From Candidatus Omnitrophota bacterium (GTDB lineage Bacteria; Omnitrophota; Gorgyraeia; Zapsychrales; Fredricksoniimonadaceae), in NCBI GenBank assembly GCA_963828495.1, contig CAWHFJ010000025.1, forward strand, positions 1-58,131: a stretch of 58,131 bases of DNA, in the 5' to 3' direction. Each line of letters opens with the position of its first letter. Position 1 is the first letter of the stretch. This document shows, one piece after another, positions 10,101 to 18,722 of the stretch. The notes beneath the pieces were generated by a model, which did not search any database, was not told the DNA's origin, and saw only the letters and a list, made by a program, of their open reading frames with translations. The position numbers and the translations under genes were made by a program.

Positions 10101-10453
10101 CCCAATGGGCTGTAAACCCGCAAGCCAAGCCTGAGGCATGGCATCCCAAGCAGTTGGTGGTGGAGTCGAATCAAGGGAAAGTCATGAAAACTGTGTCCCA
10201 CATTGTGCAAAGGGCGAAAAGACTTATTGGGAAAGATGCTGCGATGACTAATGGGGGTATCGACTTAACTCCTGCTAATATGAATGTACAGACACAAAAT
10301 GCAGGTGAAGGGATTAAATTTCACATGGACCCCGCCATACTGCAACAACTTCAAAACGCCCCCGGTTTTGTGCCGGTCATCATCAATATCCAGCCGATGA
10401 CGGATCTCAGGCAATTTCTTGGCATTCAAGAAAGCGTTCCCGCAGCCGGTTAA
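7197..10453 (+). CDS. large secreted modular protein: signal peptide + conserved N-terminal module + class-I methyltransferase-like fold + Hanks-type Ser/Thr protein kinase domain + conserved C-terminal GGIDL...MTDLRQFLG tail. One frameshift as read.
   Basis: ORFs 7197-7421 and 7397-10453 join if one A is restored at ~7351 (ILK-GIKVHPDNPFQFDFILDKGD). MTase-like region is ~8540-9010: VVMLGAGNA, FTIVDRSPKVLEVA, NLIIATNSLIYSY, LKPSGKLLI. Kinase region is ~9400-10100: FYKIF, EDEIVFLKYL, DNDVKPLN (9770-9795), VIDWN (9829-9837), GTTGYRAPEE (9890-9898), DVYGLGKTIY. Confidence 0.75.
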
Positions 10454-10465
10454 ACAGGTTCTAAC
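10450..10465 (+). repeat. boundary repeat copy C (ttaaacaggttctaac)
   Basis: Exact 16-mer shared with 7000-7015. Overlaps the stop codon of the large protein. Confidence 0.55.
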
Positions 10466-10473
10466 ATCCTCAT

Positions 10474-10998
10474 TTAACCCGCCCATTTGTTGAAATGAAC
10501 ATGAGCGGGATTATATTTGTCTCGAGGTTTATCTTCTCCGGTCGGCATACCAACCGCGATCACGCATAACGGGCTTATGTGTTCAGGCAGTACGAGTATT
10601 TTTTTGACTAACGCAACTCGCTCTGCCCTTGGATGAGCCGCGGTCCAGCATGCGCCTAGCCCTAATGCTTTGGCGGCAAGAAGAATATTTTCCGCAGCTG
10701 CTGAACAGTCTTGCACCCAATAGTCGCTTGAGCCGGTATCGTGAGCTGTACTTAAATCACTGGCCACAACGATAGCGTGTCTTGCCGTTAAAAGCATTTT
10801 AGCATAAGGCAGTCCTGTGGCAAGCGCGTCAATAAGCGACGGGTCATCCACAATGATAAAACGAAAATGCCGTGTGTCACGGGAACTGGGTGCTGCCATG
10901 CCCGCTTTTGCCAGTTGTAATAGAATTTCCCGGGAAACAGGGGCCTTGGTGTATCTTCGAATACTCCTTCGTTCCAAAATAGTTTTTAAAGTGTCCAT
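10474..10998 (-). CDS. nitroreductase family protein
   Basis: MDTLKTILERRSIRRYTKAPVSREILLQLAKAGMAAPSSRDTRHFRFIIV.... The ATG at 10998 is chosen over the longer ORF-track start at 11202. Confidence 0.8.
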   Translation of the reverse strand: MDTLKTILERRSIRRYTKAPVSREILLQLAKAGMAAPSSRDTRHFRFIIVDDPSLIDALATGLPYAKMLLTARHAIVVASDLSTAHDTGSSDYWVQDCSAAAENILLAAKALGLGACWTAAHPRAERVALVKKILVLPEHISPLCVIAVGMPTGEDKPRDKYNPAHVHFNKWAG

Positions 10999-11167
10999 GA
11001 TTGTCCTTTCGTTGATTATCATTTTAACAAATGGTGATGATACTTTTTGTAATAATTTGAATTTTTTTCCAACATGACCTCCCATAATTAAAAGCTTCAA
11101 AAAGTCATTGCGCATAACTATAATTATTTGAAACTGCACATTATAGAAGGGGGGAGAGAATACGATC

Positions 11168-11539
11168 ATGGCTAATCCAAGAATTCTTTTGTGGTTTGGC
11201 ATTGTGTTGATTTTGATGATTGGCCTTATCCATGTGATTGATGCAAAAGACAGCTTTAACGATGCTGTTTATAAGGGTTGGCTTTTTTATGCTAATGGAG
11301 TTGGGGCATTGATTGCTGCATATGGTATTTCCCGTAAGCATCATTGGGGGTGGAACCTGGGACTTCTAATTGCAACAGGTTCTTTTATTGGCTATGTGAT
11401 GAGCCGTACTGTAGGATTGCCTCAAATCCCGGCTGAACCTGATGCATGGTTAGAGCCACTGGGCGTTGCCGCATTGATTGCAGAGGCGCTATTTGTGGCG
11501 GTTTTTATTGGGAGGGGAGTGTCCCATAGACACAGTTAA
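11168..11539 (+). CDS. integral membrane protein, hypothetical (4 predicted TM segments)
   Basis: Hydrophobicity pattern only. Confidence 0.5.
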   Translation: MANPRILLWFGIVLILMIGLIHVIDAKDSFNDAVYKGWLFYANGVGALIAAYGISRKHHWGWNLGLLIATGSFIGYVMSRTVGLPQIPAEPDAWLEPLGVAALIAEALFVAVFIGRGVSHRHS

Positions 11540-11574
11540 TGGAGTAATTAATTAAAGGGGTGTATAATAGGCAT

Positions 11575-11982
11575 ATGAAAGCAATGGGTGGCTTTTTAAT
11601 AGTTTTGTTTATTGTTACAGCGCTTAGCTTTGCCGAAGACCAGCCGAGTGCGTATGATATTATTACGCAAATGAAAGCGGATTTAAATTTGCAAGAAGAT
11701 CAGGTAACTCATATTACACCGATCATTGAAAAGTACGCCATCGTATGGCATGATTTTTTCAGAAGCATCGATGATGGGACTATTAATCAGAGTGCCATTG
11801 ACGCTCAAGAGCAGCAAATTAAAGCAGCTGAGGCCCAAGAGTTGTCCCCCTATCTGCGACCATATCAAATAACCCAGTGGAATTATATACAGGAGCAAAT
11901 GGCGCCAAAGAAGGACAAAGATGGCCGCCATGCGGATACAGATGAGTATTCAAATCTGCCAAGAAATTCAGGAGGCCCCTAA
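11575..11982 (+). CDS. secreted hypothetical protein, possibly Spy/CpxP-like (LTxxQ-type helices)
   Basis: Signal peptide MKAMGGFLIVLFIVTALSFA. Gln-rich helical repeats (LNLQEDQV, YQITQWN). Confidence 0.45.
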   Translation: MKAMGGFLIVLFIVTALSFAEDQPSAYDIITQMKADLNLQEDQVTHITPIIEKYAIVWHDFFRSIDDGTINQSAIDAQEQQIKAAEAQELSPYLRPYQITQWNYIQEQMAPKKDKDGRHADTDEYSNLPRNSGGP

Positions 11983-12060
11983 CACATGGTTGAATAATTT
12001 TAACATTCGTGGTATAAAAGTCCTACGCTATAGGAGTCACGATAACTAGGGGAGGTTAAA

Positions 12061-12552
12061 ATGGGAACAAAAGGACGGGAAATCGTTGGAGTAGAAGTTA
12101 AAGGATTAGTGAAGTTGCTTAACAAAGCCTTGGCAGACGAGTGGCTGGCTGTTTATCAATATTGGGCAGGTTCCAAAGTAGCCGTCGGCAGGATGCGCGG
12201 GATTGTCGCCAAAGAGTTACAAGAGCATGCGACAGAGGAATTAGAGCATGCCAATAAGCTTACAGACCGTATTATCCAGCTTGGGGGTTCACCGCTTCTT
12301 AATCCGGAACAATGGACAAAAGAAACCAATGGCGGTTATGATGAACCGAGCAATCCTAATACCAAAAAATTGCTGGAGCAGAATATCAAGGGAGAGCAGG
12401 GTGCCATTGCTGTTTACAGTAAGCTATTAAAAATGGTTGAGGGCAAGGACGCACTGACGGCGCATCTTGTCTTGGAAATTCTAGAAGATGAAGTGAAGCA
12501 CGAGGAAGACCTAGAGGCTATGCTCGAAGACATGAAGACAAAAGTCGAATAA
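12061..12552 (+). CDS. ferritin-like (bacterioferritin/Dps-like) di-iron protein
   Basis: Four-helix di-iron ligands: EWLAVYQY, ATEELEHANKL, GEQGAIAVY, LEDEVKHEEDL. Confidence 0.75.
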   Translation: MGTKGREIVGVEVKGLVKLLNKALADEWLAVYQYWAGSKVAVGRMRGIVAKELQEHATEELEHANKLTDRIIQLGGSPLLNPEQWTKETNGGYDEPSNPNTKKLLEQNIKGEQGAIAVYSKLLKMVEGKDALTAHLVLEILEDEVKHEEDLEAMLEDMKTKVE

Positions 12553-12587
12553 GTATAAAGAGATTAAGGTAAGAAGTCCTTCCTAAA

Positions 12588-12623
12588 CCCCTGTGGCCAA
12601 TCAAGTCGCAGGGGTTTTGTTTT
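12588..12623 (+). terminator. rho-independent terminator after the ferritin-like gene
   Basis: cccctg...cagggg stem followed by ttttgtttt. Confidence 0.6.
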
Positions 12624-12669
12624 CATCACCGACGGGCGGTTAGCCCCAGACCTCATGGAGGAGGTTTAA

Positions 12670-12698
12670 TTGACGGGGGGATTCTTTTGATGTATTAT
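12670..12698 (+). promoter_or_regulatory. sigma-70-type promoter candidate for the RR/HK operon, possibly giving a leaderless mRNA
   Basis: TTGACG (12670-12675), 17-nt spacer, TATTAT (12693-12698). The ATG at 12706 is only 7 nt after the -10 and has no Shine-Dalgarno. Confidence 0.4.
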
Positions 12699-12705
12699 TC
12701 TTTTT

Positions 12706-13377
12706 ATGCGTATATTACTTGTTGAAGACGAAAGAAAGTTGTCAGCCGTCATTAAAAGAGGCCTTAAAGAAGTCCATTATGCCGTTGACCTTGCGGATAA
12801 CGGCGAAGATGCACTTTTTTTGGCCCAATCGAATCCTTATGATCTTATTATCCTTGATATTATGCTTCCCGGCCGTGATGGCATCTCTATCTGCCGTCAG
12901 TTAAGGAAAGAAAAGAATACGACCCCTATTCTTATGCTCACAGCCCGTGATGATGTGGAGGACAAAATCTCGGGACTTGACTCCGGGGCGGATGACTATC
13001 TGACAAAGCCATTTTCTTTCCCGGAATTTCTGGCCCGTGTACGCGCCTTGCTCAGGCGTAAGAACACAGAAAAATCAACTCGTCTTCAGGTCGCGGATTT
13101 AGAACTTGATCAGCTGGCACGTCAAGCATGGCGCAAGGGGCAGGCCATCGAGTTGACAGCAACGGAATACTCTCTTCTTGAATATTTGATGCTTAACGTC
13201 GGTCAAGTGGTGACCCGGACGATGATCTCTGAACATGTGTGGAATGATGATTTTGACTCTTTTTCCAACGTTATCAATGTCTATATTAATTACCTTAGAA
13301 AAAAAGTTGACCAAGGCCATGAAAAACAATTGATTCATTCTTTACGCGGCGTTGGTTATGTCTTGAAAGACCAATGA
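12706..13377 (+). CDS. OmpR/PhoB-family response regulator (CusR/CopR-like)
   Basis: Receiver MRILLVEDE...LIILDIMLPGRDG...LTARD...DDYLTKPF, plus a winged-helix C-terminus (ELTATEYSLLEYLM...LRGVGYVL). Confidence 0.9.
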   Translation: MRILLVEDERKLSAVIKRGLKEVHYAVDLADNGEDALFLAQSNPYDLIILDIMLPGRDGISICRQLRKEKNTTPILMLTARDDVEDKISGLDSGADDYLTKPFSFPEFLARVRALLRRKNTEKSTRLQVADLELDQLARQAWRKGQAIELTATEYSLLEYLMLNVGQVVTRTMISEHVWNDDFDSFSNVINVYINYLRKKVDQGHEKQLIHSLRGVGYVLKDQ

Positions 13378-14842
13378 AAACCAATTCGATTCGTTTTAAG
13401 ACTACGGGGCTGGGCACGTGCATTTTGGGCGTCGTCCTTATTCTTTTTAGTGTTTATTTAGTCCATTCAAGTCAGCGGATTCTTTATAAGGAGGAAGAAG
13501 AAGAAATATCGGTCAAAGCTCAAGAGATCACCGACTTCATTGATGCATACGCCAAAATATCTCAGGAAGATAAATCTCCTAAAATGTTGATTTATCAGTT
13601 ACTCGGGGGCAAGAGGCTTACGGATAGGAAGATCGTTGATCAATTGTGGAGAGAAGACAGCAAAACCTTAGGTTTGCAGAATGATTTTTATAGAATACGG
13701 GACCTTAAGGGAGTAGTTATTTTTCGTTCAGATAATCTGATAACCGATGCTGAAAAATCTTTTGATACTCAATTCGCACGGTTTGGCAATGCCACTCATT
13801 TTTCACCCATGAAAATCAACGGCGTCCTTTTTTATGGGATCAATTATCCGGTAAGATTTTCTAACCGCAATGAGTTGAATTTGCAATTAGCTATGCCGAT
13901 TATGCGTATTCAAAGGATCCTCTATAAGCTGGAGGTTGCTCTTATGAGCGGTGTTGTGTTTGTCCTGTTGATCAGCATTTTTGTGGGGATGTATCTGACT
14001 CGTCGGGTCCTGAAACCCGTGGAAGAGGTCACGCGGGTCGCCAATCATATCACTCAAAAGGATTTAAACATGAGGATCCCTATTAGGGAATTGGATAAAG
14101 AGATGGAAGAGCTTGTGGCCTCTTTTAATCATATGATTGAGCGCCTGGAGCAATCATTTGCTCATGTCAATGAGTTTAGCTCACACGTGGCCCACGAGTT
14201 GAAAACCCCGCTGGCCATCATCAAAAATGAGCTTGAATTGGCGATTAATTCAGGCAATTCGAAACAAGAGAATGAGCGTGTCATGGTAGTTACACTTAAT
14301 GAGGTAGATCGGCTTATCAGAATAATTAAGGATTTGTTTCTTTTAGCAAAACTTGAATATAAGCTCAACATTTTTAAAATGGAAAAAATAGATTTAACGG
14401 ATTTCCTTAAGGATGTTTATCAGCATTGCCAAGTATTGGCTTCAGAAAAGAATATCAGTCTTGAATTGATCATTGTTGACCATCCGATTCGGATACAAGG
14501 GGATGCCGTTCATTTACGGAGAGTTTTCTTTAATTTACTTCACAATGCGGTTAACTTTACTTTGCCGGGCGGCCAATCAAGATCGTTAACGAGGTTCGTG
14601 AGAACCAGGTTTTTGTTTCAGTTGAAGATACCGGGATCGGTATTGCCGCGGCTGACAAGGGTCGGATTTTTGAGAAATTCTACCGTGTCCGCCGGGCGGA
14701 GCAGGAAGACGTCGGAGGCCATGGCCTCGGATTATGTATGGCCCGCGCGATCGCCAGGACCCATGGCGGCGATATCACCCTCCAAAGCGAAATTAATAAA
14801 GGGTCCACCTTTACGGTCATCTTACCCATCTTGCTGGATTAA
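13374..14842 (+). CDS. sensor histidine kinase (HAMP-HisKA-HATPase_c, CusS-like), frameshifted as read
   Basis: H-box FSSHVAHELKTPLA. After ~14575 the ATPase domain (GGQIKIVNEVRENQVFVSVEDTGIGI...GGHGLGLCMARAIARTHGGDITLQSE...) continues in the -1 frame to TAA at 14840-14842. A 1-nt loss at ca(a)atc explains it. Confidence 0.85.
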
Positions 14843-14851
14843 AATTCCCAG

Positions 14852-14889
14852 ATAAGAAAATTTTTATTTTATTTTAACGTTCCTTTTAC
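14852..14889 (+). repeat. AT-rich conserved intergenic element, copy 2 (partner at 126-163)
   Basis: See copy 1. Sits 10 nt after the HK stop and about 60 nt before the receiver gene. Confidence 0.5.
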
Positions 14890-14949
14890 TTCGGTTTTGG
14901 TAAAAAGAATGCTAGGCAAATGAGGATTTGCCCGGAAAGGAGTGTGCGC

Positions 14950-15426
14950 ATGAGCACCATGAAGGAGGAGGGAATCATGATGAGGACCCATATGTACAGG
15001 CTGCCGGAACATTATGAGCAAAAGTATAAGGAAAAATATGATAATTTGGATTGGAATTGGATCAAAGAGCTTTCGCTAAAAAGGAGAATGTTAGTGATCG
15101 ATGATGAAACGCATATCACAGATGCTTATCGGCGGGTTTTCTCTAAGGACGGCCTGGATGTACTGACGGCGTCAAATGCCATGCAGGCCAATGATCTTTT
15201 GGCCCATGAAAAAGTCGATATTGTTCTTCTGGATATTAATATGCCTGAAGTCGACGGGGCAGTCTTTTTTGAGCTGATACGGACTTTTCATCAGAATGTC
15301 AAGGTGGTTATTTCCAGCGTTTATCCGATTGATGAGCAAAAGGAAAGAATTAAAGATGCGGATGCGTATTTCGACAAATCTGACGGCAAGGATGTCCTTC
15401 GGGGGATCATCTCTTCTCTTTTTTGA
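14950..15426 (+). CDS. single-domain response regulator (CheY-like receiver with an N-terminal extension)
   Basis: RRMLVIDDE...DIVLLDINMPEVDG...VISS...YFDKS. The start is ambiguous (14920, 14950 or 14977). 14950 follows ggaaaggag. Confidence 0.75.
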   Translation: MSTMKEEGIMMRTHMYRLPEHYEQKYKEKYDNLDWNWIKELSLKRRMLVIDDETHITDAYRRVFSKDGLDVLTASNAMQANDLLAHEKVDIVLLDINMPEVDGAVFFELIRTFHQNVKVVISSVYPIDEQKERIKDADAYFDKSDGKDVLRGIISSLF

Positions 15427-15453
15427 TGGTTGCGGCTCAATGGGGAGGGACAT

Positions 15454-16218
15454 ATGGAAAATCTCATTTGGACCAATCAAATCAGTCTGATGCCGTTTTA
15501 TACAATACCCGTCATTATCGCCACAGTCATGGGGGGACGCTTGACCGGGATTGTGGTATCGGTTTTGAGTGCTTTGGTGTTGTTATTAGCGGATTTGGGC
15601 AATGGAGCAACGGCGTACCACTACTCGCTAACGCCATACTGGAACGCGTTGGTCCGGTTGTCGGTTTTTCTTCTTGTAGTCGGTGTAATTGATTTGAGAA
15701 AGGTACTTGAGAAAGAAAGGATGCGCTGCCGGCTTGACCCTTTGACAGGAATTGTGAATCGCAGGGCTTTCTATGAGTTGGCCCGTAAGGAGATTGCGCG
15801 TTCTAGGAGGCATGGGCGAGCGTTGAGTTTGGTTTTTTTTGATTGTAATGGGTTCAAGCAGATCAATGATCAATTTGGTCATAGAACAGGGGATAAGGTC
15901 CTGTATCATGTGGGGGAAGCCATCAGGAAAAATGTCCGTAATGAAGATATTGCAGCCAGGTGGGGTGGTGATGAATTCATTGTCCTTTTACCGGAGACGG
16001 ATTATATGGGAGCGGTCAGGTTTGTGAATCGTTTGAATAAGGCATTTGTCAAGATCGCCCGTCAGGAAGCCAAAGGCGTGAGTGCGAGTTTCGGGGTTAA
16101 GTCGTATGCCATGGCTCCGCTTTCAGTCGATGAAATGGTGAGGGAGGCGGATGAGCTTATGTATTCTGCTAAACGCTCCAGAGTCCTTGATCGTAGTACT
16201 GTTCCAACCTGCCATTAA
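15454..16218 (+). CDS. membrane-anchored diguanylate cyclase (GGDEF)
   Basis: Three N-terminal TM segments, then DPLTGIVNRRAF...FDCNGFKQINDQFGHRTGD...RWGGDEFIVLLPETD. Confidence 0.9.
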   Translation: MENLIWTNQISLMPFYTIPVIIATVMGGRLTGIVVSVLSALVLLLADLGNGATAYHYSLTPYWNALVRLSVFLLVVGVIDLRKVLEKERMRCRLDPLTGIVNRRAFYELARKEIARSRRHGRALSLVFFDCNGFKQINDQFGHRTGDKVLYHVGEAIRKNVRNEDIAARWGGDEFIVLLPETDYMGAVRFVNRLNKAFVKIARQEAKGVSASFGVKSYAMAPLSVDEMVREADELMYSAKRSRVLDRSTVPTCH

Positions 16219-16331
16219 TTCCTTCCTTAGAGCATTTAAAAAGATTGCAAAATGATGACTAAAATGCCAAAATCCTATCTCAATGGGATTTCGGACAGGG
16301 TCTCCCTGCGCAACTTCTGTGACTAAACTCT

Positions 16332-18680
16332 ATGAAATTAAGACCGCCGTCTAAATCTTTTCTAAAAGAAAATTTTAGGATCATTTTTTTGTTGCTTATT
16401 ATTTTAGCCGTTTCCTTTTATGAAGTTTTTTTCTTGGGGAAAACATTCAAAGTCACCAATACGGTCAGTCAGGCAGTCTCGAGCGGGGTCTATGGCCAAC
16501 AGAACAATCATCTTAACTTTATTCCTACGACCGGGGTTGATTCTGCCGTTCTTGAGGAACCCATCTTTGAGTTTATCAGGAAAAGTTTAAGGCAAGGCAT
16601 CCTGCCGCTGTGGAACCCCCACCAGGCCTGCGGGTATCCGTTGATTTCCCTGATGTACGCCGGTATTTTTTATCCTCTCAATTTCATCATATACATTTTT
16701 CCTTCTTTTTGCTCTTGGGACATCCTCATACTCATGCGTTTCCTTCTCGCCGGGTTTTTTACCTATTGGTTCATGCGTACACTTCGTTTTACGCCAATGC
16801 CTTCTGTCTGTGCGGCCATCTGTTTTATGTTAAGCGGGCCGATGGTCGTTATTCAGAATTGTACGGTCAATGTGATCATTTTGACACCGCTGTTGCTGAT
16901 TGTTTTAGAGAAGCTTATTCAAAAGCCCGTAGCCGGCAGGCTTGTCCTTGTGGCGGTAGTTGTGGCGATGACTTTCTTTGCCGGGCATCCCGAAAACGTT
17001 TTTTTTGTTAACGTCTACGGCTTTTTGTTTTTTTTGTTTCGGCTTTATTCTTTACGCAAGACTTCTCCCTGGAAGAAAGTCAGCGGCTGTTTAGCTCTTG
17101 CGTATGGTCTTGGTCTTGGCTTAGCAGCGGTAACGCTATTTCCTTTTATAGGAGATTTCACAGGCAGGTGGCATAACCATCAGCCGGGCGTGGGTTTCCT
17201 GGCCGAACAAGATCAAGAAAGGATCGTGAGTGTAGCGTTACCGCATTTTTTTCAGAAGGTGGTGTTAACGAACGATTGGGTCTTAGCCGGTTGGTCAGGC
17301 GGGTATCTTGGAGTAATTCCGTTGGCCCTGGCCTTTTTGGGTTTATTCTCTAATCAGAAAAAGGGCCTTAATTATTTTTTTGCCGCTATAGCTTTCATAG
17401 CGTTTGGTAAAACGTATGGCTGGCCGATTGTCAATTGGATCGGGGCTCTCCCAGTCTTTAGTATGTGCCGGTTTAGCCTGCACACCGTCCATTTGATTGC
17501 TTTAAGCACGGCCATTTGCGCAGGGGCCGGGTGCAGGGCCATTACCATTGGCTCAAAGTCTTTTTTAAAAGGAGTTATTTTTTGCGCAGTATTTTGGACG
17601 ATTATTTTTTGGAACACATGGGGACACCTCAGTCTTTTTGATTTAAAACTTGCGCATCAAGCGATTATTTTTGCGGGTTGTCTTTTGGCTTTATGGTTGA
17701 TTGTTTTGTGGATGAAGGATAAAAAATTCTTAAAGAGACGATACGTCGGGTTTCTGATAGTATTTTTACTTTTTTTTGAATTATTTTGTTATATCAATCA
17801 CCAACGGTCAAGCCGATTTGATTCTTTCCCCAAGTCTCCGTACATTGAATTTCTTAAGAGTCAGCCGGAGAAATTTCGAGTTTACGGATTGGAACATGAA
17901 TTTTTTCCCAATACAGCTACCGGCTATGGGATTGATGATATCGGCATATTCGAAGGTCTGCTGGGTAAAAAATATGTCAATTTTATTAATGAGTTCGTCT
18001 TTAAGGATTGGTTTGTCCCTGACCTGAGGCCGTCGTCCTTCAGGAATGCCTGTCCTAATCAGCGGAAAGAATTTTTGGATTTAATGAATCTGAAGTATTT
18101 TATTTTTCTCCCTTTCCCTCAGATGGAGCGGTTGGTTACTCCTGCGTATACCATTAATCCCAGTGGCGTGACACAGGATAAGGCCCGTTTAATTTACTCC
18201 CAAGAAGTCAATATTTATGAGAGGTCTCAGAGCTTTCCCAGGGCCTTTGTGGTTCATAGGGCCATCTTTGCCGAGCAACAGGAAGCATCTCTAGCTAGCC
18301 TTGGGTCCATTGTTGATCGTTTAAGATCTACGATTGTTGTTCATCATGCCGTGGTCCCTGAAATCAATAGTCAGCTTCGTCATGCTCCCTCACAAGACGC
18401 CTCGAACGTACAGATCGTTAAATATACGCCGAATGAAGTGGGGATCGATGCTCATTTAGATTATCCCGGATTCCTGGTTTTAAGTGATGCGTATCACCCC
18501 GATTGGAAGGCCTACGTCGATGGGAAAGAAGTCAAAATCTATGAAGCTGATTATCTTTTCCGGGCGGTTTTTTTGCCGGCCGGCCAACATTGGGTTAAAT
18601 TTATTTTTGTCCCGGTCAGTTTTACTATCGGGCTTATGGTCAGCATTCTCACCGTTACGGGTATGATTTTCTTCTTTTAA
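16332..18680 (+). CDS. YfhO-family polytopic membrane protein (glycosyl-carrier/glycosylation-associated)
   Basis: More than 12 TM segments. C-terminal soluble part ends ...VLSDAYHPDWKAYVDGKEVKIYEADYLFRAVFLPAGQHWVKFIF plus a final TM, as in YfhO proteins (from memory). Confidence 0.65.
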   Translation: MKLRPPSKSFLKENFRIIFLLLIILAVSFYEVFFLGKTFKVTNTVSQAVSSGVYGQQNNHLNFIPTTGVDSAVLEEPIFEFIRKSLRQGILPLWNPHQACGYPLISLMYAGIFYPLNFIIYIFPSFCSWDILILMRFLLAGFFTYWFMRTLRFTPMPSVCAAICFMLSGPMVVIQNCTVNVIILTPLLLIVLEKLIQKPVAGRLVLVAVVVAMTFFAGHPENVFFVNVYGFLFFLFRLYSLRKTSPWKKVSGCLALAYGLGLGLAAVTLFPFIGDFTGRWHNHQPGVGFLAEQDQERIVSVALPHFFQKVVLTNDWVLAGWSGGYLGVIPLALAFLGLFSNQKKGLNYFFAAIAFIAFGKTYGWPIVNWIGALPVFSMCRFSLHTVHLIALSTAICAGAGCRAITIGSKSFLKGVIFCAVFWTIIFWNTWGHLSLFDLKLAHQAIIFAGCLLALWLIVLWMKDKKFLKRRYVGFLIVFLLFFELFCYINHQRSSRFDSFPKSPYIEFLKSQPEKFRVYGLEHEFFPNTATGYGIDDIGIFEGLLGKKYVNFINEFVFKDWFVPDLRPSSFRNACPNQRKEFLDLMNLKYFIFLPFPQMERLVTPAYTINPSGVTQDKARLIYSQEVNIYERSQSFPRAFVVHRAIFAEQQEASLASLGSIVDRLRSTIVVHHAVVPEINSQLRHAPSQDASNVQIVKYTPNEVGIDAHLDYPGFLVLSDAYHPDWKAYVDGKEVKIYEADYLFRAVFLPAGQHWVKFIFVPVSFTIGLMVSILTVTGMIFFF

Positions 18681-18722
18681 TTTATTTTGTGGGCAAGATG
18701 AAAAGGGGGGGCTATAATTGCC

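Noticed and set aside
1294-10465. Integron attC / gene-cassette interpretation of the AAACAGGTYCTAAC repeats
   Set aside because: Copy A does contain CTAAC...GTTAG, but the element is only ~37 nt. The other copies lack the inverted R'/R'' pairing. No intI-type integrase or attI is present in the window. The repeat is kept as a generic boundary repeat, not called an integron.
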